Origin: Octopus vulgaris
Taxonomy: Eukaryota
Direction of reading: 5' to 3'
DNA: 64,000 bases
Assembly: GCA_951406725.2 (NCBI GenBank)
Contig: OX597827.1
Span: 20,832,001-20,896,000, forward strand
The notes under the pieces were generated by a model. That model did no database searches and was not told the DNA's origin. It saw only the letters and a list, made by a program, of their open reading frames with translations. Made by a program: the position numbers and the translations under genes. This document shows positions 37,961-51,032 of the stretch, piece by piece (the stretch's first letter is position 1; each line of letters opens with the position of its first letter).

Positions 37961-38534
37961 AGTGACGGAGGGGTCACACAGAAGAGCTAGGAAGAAGGGG
38001 AGATAATAAAGTAGTGGTGATCACAAAACGAAGGTGTGTATGCATGTGTATAAGAGAGCATGTATGTGCATGTGGAAGAGGGCTGGTGACCTTAACGTGT
38101 GCATGTGTGGGTGTGTGGATGATGGTGTGGGGCTAGGAAGTGGTCAGTGATAGTGTGTGCATGGTGGTGTGATGTGATGTGTGGTATGGTGGTGTTGGGA
38201 TGTGGGGAGGCAAGAATGAGGAAAGCAAGGGTGGGGTATGTGGGAGTGGGTGTACATATACATACATACACACACACACACACACATACACACACACACA
38301 TACAAACATAAATATGTTAAATGGACTCAGAGAAACACAATCAATATTTGTTTCCTGCCAGAGTGAGGAGGCTTCGAGGCATCTTGATCTCCCTTTTTGT
38401 TGAAGTATTTTGTGGTGATTTTCTGTTCCTGGAAAGCAAAGGCAAGGTCTTAGGTCTTCTAGGTAAGATGTTATGTATTTACCACAAATCCAGGAGAGGT
38501 GGTGCTTCCTGTCAATGTTGTTAGTATGTATATA

Positions 38535-39745
38535 CAGGGTGCGTTAGGTATCTGAGCACATACCTTTTTTGGGGTCATTGCTGCATTTTTTGCTAATTCT
38601 GTATAATCTTTGTTTCAGAAAATAATAATGGCACACCATCAGCTTACTCAAGAAATGAAGAGGCATGCTGTTACTGTGATTATAAAGGCTGAGCATAGGG
38701 ATTTAGAAATATCGCAAGCTTTAAAAGTTGCCAGATCTTTCATCTACAAAGTTTGTAGGGAGTTAGAGATTGAAGATAGAAATGTATCACCAGTATCAAA
38801 GCATAAAATGCTCTGAAATCATCAGAACACCTGAATCTATCCAGCAAGTTCAACAGATCTTTGATTACAATCCCAGAAAGTCCATGATGTCAATTGCAAA
38901 AGATCTCCATGTGTCAGAAGGAATAGTCAGAAATGCTGTCCACAAAGACGTCAGGTATACGTCTTATATGATGAGGAAAGGTGAATTTGTCCGAAAAAGC
39001 AAAAGAAAATCACCACATCAGATCTAAAAGGTTCTTAAACAAACAGAAAAATCCAGCAGAAGATTTGATTTGGTTTTTCTCAAATGAGAAAAACTTCGAC
39101 CATGATCAAAAAGTTAACAGAAGAAATAACAAATGGTTATGTGCAGACCTTTCTGAAGTTCCAAGTGTTATGCATACAACATTTCCTGCAACTGTCATGG
39201 TTTTAGAGGTTGTCAGCAATGAAGGACATGTGATGCCTCCTTACTTACTTCCATGGGGCCTTAGAGTTAACTCTGCTGCCTACACTGAGGTCCTGGAAAT
39301 AATTGTTAAGCCCTGGATAGACAGTGTATGCAATGGAAGGTCATATATGTTTCAGTAAAACTCTGCACTATCACACATGGCTCTAATAACACAGGAATGG
39401 ATGACTGAAAATTTTCATGATCACATAACCCCTATCATTTGGCCTCCTAATTCCCCAAATCTCAATCCATTGGACTATTAAACATGTGGAGCATTGTTGA
39501 GAGAGAGGTCAATGAACACGCCCATAACACCAAAGATTCTTTGAAAGCTGCCATAGTCAGAGTAATGTCCAAAATGAACCAGGACCACTTGATTCGAGCA
39601 TGTAGATGATTTAGATCTCATATAGAAGCAGTTGTTGAAGCTAAAGGTGGCTTTAATGAATAACATTATAGAAAAGAACATTTATTTTTATCCTCATAGC
39701 ATTTTTGATAAATAAAGTTGTTATTTGTTATTATATATCTATTTT
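38535..39745 (+). mobile_element. DD37D (maT-type) transposon, decayed
   Basis: TA|CAGGGTG start; WFFSNEKNF, VMVLEVVSNEGHVMPP, FQ*NSALSH...WPPNSPNLNPLDY with 37-residue spacing, C-terminal GGFNE*. Right TIR not seen. Confidence 0.88.
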
Positions 39746-40375
39746 CAATATCTATGAAGTGAAAAAGTTGTTTGTCTCATTTTGGGATGGCAACGTTTTA
39801 AGGGGCAGTAGATGGGGTCGGATTGGCGCCAAAATTTACAAAGACATGTAAAAAGAGGCAAGGAAGCAACTAGACTTGTTTAGAAACCCCTATCTCAAAA
39901 GCTGTGGTTACTAGAGCAACAAAACCCAGACTTTGACAAGTGTTAGTCGTTTCTCTCTTTTGTATATCACCCTGTCTTCCTTGATCTCTCTCTTTCCTTC
40001 CTTCCTTCCACATTCTCTCTATAGTGACGTTTGACACCTTCCACTCTCATTCCCTCTCTGCCTTCGCCGTGTCTCTGTCACTCTTTCTTCCACCACCTCT
40101 CTCACTGTACGTCTGTCTGTATCTATAGAGAGAAAGCGTTGACAGCCACAAAAGTTTAAATATTCCCGCCACAGGTATTTTAGAATGGTGAATTATTATC
40201 GCCCATCACCACTGCACAATCATAACAGATATTATTAATTAGATATATTGTGTTAATTTATATATATATATGTGTGTGTATATAAATATATATATATAAT
40301 GTGTATACATATATATGTGTATATATATATAATCATCAATATCTATAAAGCTGAAATATATATATATATATATAT

Positions 40376-42589
40376 GTCGACCCAACAGAGGGACCAGCTA
40401 TCCGAGTTGACAGTTCCTTGGTAGTTAAGGCAATTAGAAGCATGAAGACAGGGAAAGCCCCAGGCCCATCAGGAATCACTGCAGAGATGCTCAAAATATC
40501 TGGTAGTGTCGGCTATAGCCTAGTCACCCGTATAGTTAATCAGGTGATACACGAAGGAGTCATACCCAATGACTGGTGTAGCAGCATAATAGTCAACTAC
40601 TACAAAGGTAAAGGTGACACCCTAGATACAAATAATTACAGAGGTATCAAGCTGTTGGATAATGAAGGTAATGAAGGTTACGGAGAGGGTCATAGCCCAA
40701 CTAATTAGAGAGAGAGTTAGTTTAGATGAGATGCAGTTTGGGTTCGTGCCAGGGAAAAGTACCACTGATGCTATATTCCTGGTAAGGCAGCTACAGGAGA
40801 AATACCTAGCCAAAGATTAGCCCCTGTACCTGGCTTTTGTTGACATGGAGAAAGCCTTCAACAGGGTCCCCGATCCCTTATCTGGTGGTCAATGAGGAAA
40901 CTAGGGATAGATGAATGGTTAGTGAGAGCTGTGCGAGCCATGTACAGGGATGCCGCTAGTAAGGTGAGGGTTGGCAACGAGTACACTGAAGAATTCCGGG
41001 TAGAGGTAGGGGTCTACCAAGGCTCAGTCCTCAGCCCCCTCCTATTTATCACAGTCCTCCAGGCAATAATGGAGGAATTCAAGACAGGATGCCCCTGGGA
41101 GCTCCTCTATGCTGATGACCTTGCTCTAATTGCTGAGTCACTATCAGAACTGGAGGAGAATTTCAGGTGTGGAAGGAAGGATTAGAATCGAAGGGCCTTA
41201 AAGTCAATCTAGCTAAAACCAAAGTCCTAATAAGTAGGAAGGTAGACAAATCACAAATGCCTTCAGGTAGATGGCCCTGCTCGTTCTGTAGAAAAGGTGT
41301 AGGTAGAAACTCTATAAGATGCACCAAGTGTAAGCTATGGACACATAAGAGGTGCAGCAATGTCAAAGGAAGGCTAACTAGGAAGATAGTTTTTGTATAT
41401 GGCAGATGCTCAGGAGCAATAAACACTAAAAATGCTCTGAGACCAACTTCTGCCACATTCCAGGGAGAAAAACTAGAAATAATTGATAGCTTCTATTACC
41501 TAGCTGACCAAGTTAGTAGCGGGGGTGGGTGTGCTGAAAGTGTAACTGCTAAAGTAAGAATAGCTTGGGCAAAGTTCAGAGAGCTCTTACCTCTGCTGGT
41601 GACAAAAGGCCTCTCGCTCAGAGTAAAAGGCAGACTGTATGACGCATGTGTATGAACAGCCATGCTACATGGCAGTGAAACATGGGCCGTGACTGCTGAG
41701 GATATGCGTAAGCTCGCAAGAAATGAAGCCAATTTGCTCTGCTGGATGTGTAATGTCAGTGTTCATACTCGACAGAGTGTAAGTACCTTGAGAGAAAAGC
41801 TGGACCTAAGAAGCATCAGTTGTGGTGTGCAAGAGAGACGTTTGCGCTGGTATGGACATGTGGCGAGAATGGATGAAGATAGTTATGTGAAAAAGTGCCA
41901 CACCCTAGCGATTGAGGGAACCTGTGGAAGAGGCAGACCCAGGAAAACCTGGGACGAGGTGGTGAAGCACGACCTTCGAACTTTAGGTCTCACTGAGGAA
42001 ATGACTAGAGACCGAGACCTTTGGAAGTATGCTGTGCGTGAGAAGACCCGGCAGGACAAGTGTGACCATAACCCGTGGCCTCTACATGGGATGTAGCCAG
42101 TTCACGTATGCATACCGTTCCTTCTTGGGACACAAAATTCTACTTGTGAAGACCTGTTGAGGCAAGTGAGAATCGAAATCGATCAACATCAACGGAAATT
42201 GCAGCTGGGATACTAGTACAGTGGCACGTAAGAGAACCATCCGAACGTGGCCGTTGCCGGTGCCGCCCAGACTGGCCTCGTGCCAGTGGCATGTAAAAAG
42301 CACCATCCGTTCGTTGCCGTTGCCAGCCTCGCCTGGGCCCCGTGCTGGTGGCACGTAAAAAGCACCATCCGATCCTGGCCGTTTGCCAGCCTTGTCTGGC
42401 ACCTGTGCCGGTGGCACATAAAAAGCACCCACTACACCCACGGAGTGGTTGGTGTTAGGAAGGGCATCCAGCCATAGAAACATTGCCAGATCAGACTGGG
42501 CCTGGTGCAGCCTTCTGGCTTCCCTGACCCCAGTTGAACCGTCCAACCCATGCTAGCATGGAAAGCAGACGCTAAATGATGATGATGAT
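40376..42589 (+). mobile_element. RTE-clade LINE, 5'-truncated, RT ORF with few frameshifts/stops, complete 3' UTR
   Basis: GKAPGPSGI, NYRGIKLL, QFGFVPG, DMEKAF, GVYQGSVLSPLLF, LLYADDL, MLHGSETW, RRLRWYGHV, RGRPRKTW; (TGA)n tail. Confidence 0.95.
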
Positions 42590-42765
42590 ATATATATATA
42601 TATATATACATATATATCATCATCATCATTCTTTTATTTGTTTATTTGTTTCAGTCATTTTGACTGTGGCCATGCTGGAGCATCACCTTTAGTCAAACAA
42701 ATTGACCCAGAACTTATTTCTTTGTAAGCTTAGTACTTATTCTATCTGTCTCTTTTGCCGAACTG

Positions 42766-43910
42766 TTGACAGCTTCCGTTACCTAGGTGACCAAGTCAGT
42801 AGGGGGAGAGGGTGTGCTGAAAGTGTAGCCACTAGAATAAGAATAGCCTGGGCAAAGTTCAGAGAGCTCTTACCTCTGCTGGTGCCAAAGGGCCTCTCGC
42901 TCAGAGTAAAAGGTAGACTGTATGACGTATGTGCATGAGCAGCCATGCTACATAGCAGTGAAACATGGGCGGTGACTGCTGAGGATATGCGTAAGCTCAG
43001 AAGGAATGAAGCCAGTATGCTCCGCTGGATGGGTAATGTCAGTGTGCATACACGACAGCATGTAAGTACCTTGAGAGAAAAGTTGGGCATAAGAAGCTTC
43101 AGATGTGGTGTGCAAAAGAGATGACTGTGCTGGTATGGACATGTGCTGTGAATGGATGAGGATAGCTGTGTGAAAAAGTGTCACATCCTAGCAGTTGAGG
43201 GAATTTGTGGAAGAGGAAGACCTGGGATGAGGTGGTGAAGCAATACCCTTCGAACATTGGGCCTGACGGAGGCAATGACTAGTGACTGAGACCTTTGGAA
43301 ATATGCTGTGCTTGAGAAGATCCAGCAAGCCAAGTGAGAGCATAACCCGTGGCTTATGCCAGCAGTGTAACCAGCCTACTTATGTATTGCTTGCGAAGAC
43401 CTATTGAGGCAAGTGAAATCACAATCAAAATCAAATTTGCTGACGTGGCCTGACTGGCATCCATGCCAGTGGAACGTTAAAAGCATCATCTGAGCGTGAT
43501 TATTGCCAGGGCCACTAACTGGCTCCTGTGCTGGTGGCACATAAAAAGCACCATTCAAGTGTGATCATTACCCGTGTCACCTTACTGGCATTTGTGCCGG
43601 TGACACGTGGAAAACAACATTCAAGCAAGGTCATTGCCAGTGCTGCTGGACTGGCTCCTGTGCAGGTGGCACATAAAAAAACACCATTTGGGCATGCCCA
43701 TCACCAGTACTGCCTGACTGGCCCTCGTACCAGTGGCACGTAAAAGCACCCACTACATTCTCGGAGTGGTTGGCGTTAGGAAGGATATCCAGCTGTAGAA
43801 ACTCTGCCAGATCAGATTAGAACCTGGTGCAAGCATCTGGCTCATCATCCTCAGTGAAACTGTCCAACCCATGCTAGCATGGAAAGTGGACGTTAAATGA
43901 TGATGATGAT
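42766..43910 (+). mobile_element. RTE LINE 3' fragment
   Basis: DSFRYLGDQVS...RIAWAKFRELLPLL; five tandem 3' UTR units; (TGA)n tail. Preceded by a family B SINE tail fragment (42630-42765, -). Confidence 0.92.
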
Positions 43911-43911
43911 A

Positions 43912-43958
<47 letters not shown>

Positions 43959-43959
<1 letters not shown>

Positions 43960-44145
43960 GTCAGTGATTGGTTGAAATTGCAGAAATTGAAGAAAAAAAC
44001 AACAAATATCTGACAAACTATAGAATTTTCTCAATAAAGTCAAGAGAAAAATGTTTTATAAACACATTCTACCAGTATACGAAGTTTAAAATTTTTTAGT
44101 TACCTAGAAATTATGTTAAAAACTGCCGTTCAAACCGTTCATCCT
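43959..44145 (-). mobile_element. Truncated inverted copy of the 44602 MITE
   Basis: Reverse complement of ~44611-44796. Confidence 0.85.
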
Positions 44146-44439
44146 TCCGCCGATAATAAATGCTTATGATTATGATAGAATTGATTCGACTCGCTCCACC
44201 AACTTGTAGCTTTGTGCCAACGTTGAGTTGAAAGATATGTAAATATTTGTTTAAGACAAAATATACGTCTATGCATGTCTGTAGATGAGCTGTATTTACA
44301 TAGAAGGCGGAAAGGAATAGCAATATGTGAAAGAGTGCTTTTCATAGGGGAAAGAAAGATAAAAATTTGATGTAAGGGAAATAACTCATCGTAATCTCAT
44401 AGCTTCAAGGGACATAACTCGGAAGCTAAATCTAATTTT

Positions 44440-45480
44440 GACGTGCTTTCATGGGTTCGGCCTGTCTTCTCTCCCCATGTTGTAGTTCTTTGTCTATTCT
44501 TCTCTAAGATCCACAATTTGGAGAACTATTTTCACTGCATCCTTTTTCCTTGATCTACCTCTTCCACGAGGGCCCTTCCACTTGTAATATCCACTCCTTT
44601 TGGATCTTTTCGGTTTGAATGGCAGTTTTTAACATAATTTCTAGGTAACTAAAAAATTTTACACTTCGTATACTGGTAGAATGTGTTTATAAAACATCTT
44701 TTTCTCTTGGCTTTATTGAGAAAATTCTATAGTTTGTCAAGATATTTGTTGTTGTTTTTTTCTTCAATTTCTGCAATTTTAACCAATCGATGACGTCCAT
44801 TGAGGTAAAAAAAAAAAAACCAATCTGTGCCGTATGAATATGTCCCTCGTTTATGAAACAGATTGGGTTTATTTACATTTGTGAAGAAAAAAAGATACCC
44901 TTTCCCCCACCCCTAACCCTAACCCTAAAATAGATTGAAATGCAATAGGTCAATACTAGGGTCATAATTATGGGTGACAATTTCATGACACCGCTAAAAA
45001 AAACTGCCGTTCAAACTGAAAAGATCTCTCCTTTTAAAATAAACTATTACCCTTCACACGCAATATGTCTGTACCCCCTATTTTCTCTTGAGTACCCCAC
45101 ACTTTTTTCAGTTTATTGTTCGTTCATGCTCACATTACACATCCAGAGGAGTAAGTCCCTGTTCCAACCTGAACACATCCTCTATAACAAATACCCATGT
45201 TTTATTCTCATGCATCATTACACTTTATACACAGCTATCATACACTCCACCCTTTTATTTGAAATGAGATTTCCCATGTTGCCATCAGAACTTTAACCAC
45301 CATGTTATTACACTAGTTACTATATTTTATGATCCCTATATTTTATGATTTGGTCACCAAGTAGAGGGAAGTCGTTACTCACTTTCATGCCATCTTTACC
45401 TCAACATTAAAGATAATTCATTTTACAGATGGCCCACTCCTAATTACTTCTGCATACCTACGACAGCCACAGGCCCCTTT
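44440..45480 (-). mobile_element. Degenerate RTE fragment interrupted by a MITE
   Basis: Minus CTGGATGTGTAATGTGAGCATG and GGAAGAGGTAGATCAAGGAAAAAGGATG match the RTE C-terminus on both sides of the MITE. Confidence 0.55.
44602..45027. mobile_element. MITE with ~28-bp TIRs and 8-bp TSD
   Basis: GGATCTTTTCGGTTTGAATGGCAGTTTTT ... AAAAACTGCCGTTCAAACTGAAAAGATCT; TSD CTCCTTTT at 44594-44601 and 45028-45035; internal (CCCTAA)3. Confidence 0.88.
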
Positions 45481-46282
45481 TTTTCTATTAGCCTGACTGT
45501 GATCTCACTGTATCTTTTGTACTCTCAGTTGAATATGGAATGGTGATTTCATGTCTGTTTGTCCATGTTTCACCAAATAACAATATATTCAGGGTCCAAC
45601 ACACAGATTCATTAGCAAAGGCTAGAGCAACCAAAACGATCATTCTTGACCAACACTAAGCTTTCATCAACGTTAACCATATCAGGAATGAATGTAGGCC
45701 AACCCAATAGTGTGTCAGAAAGGGAAATAAGAGTCCTTCAAAGACTCAGCCCTTAGAAAAACAGAGTAAGGTCCACCTGTGATTCAGCATCATGAATTTA
45801 AGGTTTCTTGGGGTTTGAAAAGAATGTAAAAAAAGAATTTTAATATTTTTCAGGTTCTCTGAGAACAGAAAGATGTTTACAACTGGTCTGAAGTATTTTG
45901 AAAACAAGATGGGGAAAACACTGGCAAAAAGCCAATTATAAAAAAAATTTAATCTTCCCTACAGAATTCTCTCACAAATAAAAGTTTAGCAGCCACAAAA
46001 TCTTTTGTGGTAACAAAGAATCTGAGACAAGAAGAGAAAATCAAATTTGAAATCTTGACGAGTTATCAGAATTGTTTCATAATGTTGATCTTCTTAATGT
46101 TGGTTAGTAATGTAGTAAAGAACGTAACAAGAAGAACATCACATTCATCTCAATTAGCGTCAAATGAATATATTCAGGTAATGGCTGTGCAAGAAGCGAA
46201 ATGTGGAAGTTAAAGCACATTAAGAGTAAATAACAAAACCAGTTTCTTATATTGATGTAGATTTTAAGGAGACAGCAATTTC

Positions 46283-46655
46283 TATGACTGGCTTCCGTGC
46301 CAGTGGCACGCAAAAAGCACCAACCAATCGTGGCCGTTGCCAGCCTACCCTGGCACCTAAAATGCACCATTCGTACGTGGCCGATATCAGTGCCACCTTG
46401 ACTGGCTTCCGTGCCGGTGGCACGCAAAAAGCACCAACCAATCATGGCTGCTGCCAGCCTCCCCTGGCACCTGTGCCGGTGGCACATAAAAAGCACCCAC
46501 TACACTTACGGAGTGGTTGGCGTTAGGAAGGGCATCCAGCTGTGGAAACACTGTCAGATCAGACTGGAGCCTGGTGCAGCCTCCTGGCTTCCCAGTCTCC
46601 GGTTGAACCGTCCAACCCATGCTAGCATGGAAAACAGACAATAAATGATGATGAT
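46283..46655 (+). mobile_element. RTE LINE 3' UTR
   Basis: Tandem GTGCCGGTGGCAC-AAAAAGCACC units, GGAAGGGCATCCAGCTG, (TGA)n. Confidence 0.85.
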
Positions 46656-47254
46656 GTATATTTTTGGATTTATCCAATGAAAATGAAAGATTGTTAAAAG
46701 CATTGGTATTAGATGGAAACAGAGAGATGCAAACCTTACTCTTGCGGCAGTATAAGATGTCAATTTGTGTTTAGCACAGAAGAAACAGATATGGAAGAGC
46801 GTACATTCGGGCTACACATAAATGGGAAACCAGATTTACATCTTGCTACCTCGAGAAGTTGTTAGAGAGTAGTCACCATTGTTCTATCTCTCCATAGCAT
46901 TTCTTGTGGTTTGCCTTCCTTCATTTCTCCCTTTTTGCCATTTCTTCCCTCTCACATATAAAATTTGTATTTTCTCCTGAGAAAAAAAATGATAGTTTTA
47001 TTTTCATTGTACTTAGAACGAGTTTCCTTGAACTACATTTGCAGTGTGTGTTCCAGATGCAAACAGATGCAAACAGGCACCTCTGATGATTGTGGGTCTA
47101 TAACTTTGAGTTATGTTAACTGTTTTGTCCATATGCTCATTATGAAACTACAAACACACACACATACATGCACAAATGCACACATACATTTAGATGAACA
47201 AAATCGTGTGTGTGTATGTGTGCATGTAAGTCTGTTTAAGACTGGTTGTCCATG

Positions 47255-48605
47255 GAACTCCCATATGCTGATAATCTAGTCCTCAGAGCTGATTCTATTG
47301 GGGAATCAGAGAAGAAATTCTAGGCATGGAAGCTACACCTGGAAGTGAAAGGCCTTAAGGTTAACCTGTCAAAGACTGGAGTTTTAGTAAGTAGGAAAGA
47401 CGAGAGGACCCTGTTACCTTCAGGGAAATGACCTTACTCACTATGTAGAAAAGGGGTAGATATAAACTCAATATGTTGCACTCAATGTAAGCCATGGATA
47501 CGCAAGAGACGGTGGAACCACTGGCAGATGATCTGAAAATGTTAGCCTCATATGCAGTAGAATTAGTGAAGCAGTTCATACCAGCAAGCCCATAACTGAG
47601 TCTCTTTAAATGGCCAGGTAGCTCGTTAGAAGTATTTGATAGCTTTTGTTACCTGTGAAATGTAATTAGCAATGGAAGTGGTCGCTCTAAAAGTATAGTT
47701 GCCAGAGTAAGAACTGGTTGGAGAAAGTTCTATGAACTGCTACCATTGCTGACATCAAGGGCTGATTGTAAGATGCTTGTGTTAGAACTGCAATGTTGCA
47801 TGGTCAAAAGACATGAAACTTGAATATGGAGGACTTGAGAAAACTGGAAATAAATGTGGTCAGCATGACCCGTTGGATGTACAATATGTGTGAAAGAATT
47901 TGTTCAAAGGTGCTGGGTGAAAAACTGGGCATAAGAGGAATCAGATGTTGTATCCAAATAAGAAGATTGAGATGGTATGGACCATGTGGTGAATGGGCCA
48001 TGTGGTCAATGGGCCATGTGATGCATGGGTCATGTGGTCAATGGGAACAGCTGTATAAAGAAGTGCCATTCTCTTAATGTGGCTGGAGCCAGCAAAAGAG
48101 GAAGACCCAGGAAGATATTCTTTCTTTTCTTTCTTTTACTTGTTTCAGTCATTTGACTGCAGCCATGCTGGAGCACCGTCTTTAATCGAGCAACTTCACC
48201 CCGGTACTTATTCTTTTGTAAGCCCAGTACTTATTCTATTGGTCTCTTTTGCCGAACTGCTAAGTAACGGGGACATAAACACACCAGCATCGGTTGTCAA
48301 GCAATGCTAGGGGGACAAACACAGACACACAAACACACACATGCATACATATATATGCATATATATGACGGGCTTCTTTCAGTTTCCGTCTACCAAATCC
48401 ACTTACAAGGCTTTGGTCGACCCAAGGCTATAGTAGAAGACACTTGCCCAAGGTGCCACGCAGTGGGACTGGACCCGGAACCATGTGGTTGGTAAACAAG
48501 CTACTTACCACACAGCCTCTCCTGCGCCTATGGGGTGAAGTGGTGAATGTTGACCTCAGGACCTTAAGCCTGATGGATGAGATGACAAAGGACCGGAATC
48601 TCTTC
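47255..48605 (+). mobile_element. Degenerate RTE fragment split by a SINE
   Basis: GGTTGTCCATGGAACTCCCATATGCTGATAATCT (decayed YADD); RLRWYG; resumes after the SINE with TGGGGTGAAGTGGTGAATGTTGACC. Confidence 0.7.
48120..48528 (-). mobile_element. Family B SINE, full length
   Basis: Near-identical to 26508-26922. Confidence 0.9.
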
Positions 48606-50194
48606 CTCAGCCCTGTATTTTGGGTTGTCCACCTGTTACAATGACTCACCCCCACCACCGCCACATGCCCCCTCTCTACCTCTCCCCCCCTCTCTCTCTT
48701 GTCCTCCTGCCACCAGCTATTGTATCCTCTTTACTACTTGCTGCACCCCACTCTTCTGCATCCCTCTTTTAGCTCATGGCTCTTATCTCTCCCCTCCCTT
48801 CAACCCTACCCATTTTGGCAGTCTACCACCCATCAACCCTTGCCTCATTCAAACCACCCGCTCACCCATGTCAACCCAGCTTATAACCCATGGACCTACC
48901 TGGACACTTATCCCCATTATCTGTCTTGCAGCTCCTGCTGATCATTTTCTCTCTCCCACCATTTTTTTTTACGTGTGTAGCCATGCAAATCCCCACCCCC
49001 TGCAGGAACATACTCAGCCCTATCTCTCTCAGTAATCCCCTCGTCTCCTAGCATGAAGCTGACCTCCACCCCAGGACTCATGGACCTGCAAACGTCATGG
49101 CAACCTCAATAGTTCAGGTAGCAGAATAGAAGCACTCGGTTCATGGGTAGAGAAGGTATATCCAGGCAGGAGGACCAGGCCAAAGCAGGGACTGGAGTTC
49201 CAGGCAGTCCTTGCAGACATTGGTTTCTCTCAGACCTTCCATCCTATGTCAGCATAGAATACGGATGTAAAATTATGAAGATGATTATGATGGTGATGAT
49301 GATACACGTATGTATGCGTGTATGTATTTGTATGTTTGTGTGTGTCTGTGAGTTTGTTTACATTTGCACACCTCCAAAATTCACTGAGCTACAATCAGTG
49401 AGGTTGTTATCTTCCATACCAAAACAACCATCAGCTGGCTTTGTGCCTTCAAACATGAGTGGAATAAGATATTTTTTACTTGAAAAACAAGCAAGGGTTA
49501 GCAACAGGAAGGGCGTCCAGTTGTAAAGTCATGCCTCAATATTATATTTGTCTAACCCATGATATCAAGGAAAAATGGAAGTAAAACAAATGAATGGCCT
49601 CATCATCCTCACCACCATCATCACCATCATCATCATTGTCATCATCATTCTGCTCCCATTCTCCGTACTGGCATGGGTAGGATGGTTCAACAAGATTCAA
49701 AGGCTCAGAGGACCACATCTTACTCCAGTGACTCAGTTTTGGCATGGTTTCTACAGCTGGATGCTCCTCCTGTCGGCAACCACTCTACAGAGTGTACTGG
49801 GTGCAGTTTTCCATGGCACCCTCACTGGTGGGTGATGGGGGTCACCTCATAGCTTGCAAAGTGATAGAGATCCTCTGTAAAGATGGGAACCAATTTATTA
49901 TTGCCAAAGGAAGGTAGTGGGGAGACTAAGAGAGGGAATAGGGTTGGTAGAGGGGAGTAATGAATATGGGAGAGGGGAATGTGAAGGAGAAGGGGCAGTG
50001 TGGTAATGGGGTAGGTGGAGCCAGTGGAGGGGATGGTCAGTTCATCTGTCATGCCAGTGTAGGCTGAAAATGGTTTGCCAGGGTCCAAGGCTGTTCTAAT
50101 AAGAGTTACACAAGTTTGTTGAGAGTAGGGGGGGAGGGGGACGAGGCTAACAGGGACAATGCTAGGGAAGGGAAAAGTAATACAAGTAAACTTC

Positions 50195-50600
50195 CCAACT
50201 GCATGGCTTAAGGTTCAATTCCACTGCACATCACGTTGGGCAAAAGTCTTCTGCTACAGCCACAGGTTGACCAAAGACTTCAGAGTGGACTTGGTCGGTA
50301 CAGATTGAAATCAAACCATCCCTGTGTGTGCATGCGTTGCATGCATACGTGTGCATGTGAGTGTGTGTGCATGAGTGGGTTACTGTCTTTGTCTTAAATC
50401 TGTGACAGAGAATAAGCATCATTGTCATACAAATAGTTTCTCGCTTCCAATCTTCTGTGAAAACATGTCTGGCCATGGGAAAATATTGCCTTACATGGAA
50501 ACAGGTGAAGGTTGGTGACAGGGAGGGCATCCGGCTGTAGAAAATCTACCTCAACCCATTCCATCCACGACATGCAATTATGGAAAAGTGGACCTTGATG
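50195..50600 (+). mobile_element. Degenerate tRNA/CORE-like SINE with RTE-type tail
   Basis: GGTTCAATTCCACTGC, TTGGGCAAAAGTCTTCTGCTACAGCC, GGGAGGGCATCCGGCTGTAGAAAA, ATGGAAAAGTGGAC. Confidence 0.65.
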
Positions 50601-50798
50601 TATGTATGTGTGAGTGTGCCGGAAAGGAAGTTTGCCTCAGTTTATTAGGCTAACACAAAATACAGTTTTTCCTACTTTATTGTTATCAAATGGAAGAGAC
50701 GAATCAGATAATGAAAGCAATTGTTTTGACGAAAGCCATCTTGGTATAAGTGGTGGTGAGAGATTATGTAATTCAATCAAAGAAAATGCATACGTACA

Positions 50799-50861
<63 letters not shown>

Positions 50862-50983
50862 ACACACACACGAGCATACATATATACAGAAACACACTCA
50901 GTCACTTGCAGATATACATATACATACCTGCACACATATAAATATATACATATACATATGTACACACACACACATACATACAC

Positions 50984-51032
<49 letters not shown>

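Noticed and set aside
39750-40250. Possible Helitron-like insertion truncating the DD37D element
   Set aside because: The 5' end is suggestive, but no 3' hairpin or CTRR end was found.
43440-43750. Repeat-spacer pattern resembling a CRISPR array
   Set aside because: Eukaryotic context, the spacers are homologous to each other, it is part of the RTE 3' UTR, and there are no cas genes.
44911-44928. (CCCTAA)3 as an interstitial telomere
   Set aside because: Only three units, and internal to a MITE.
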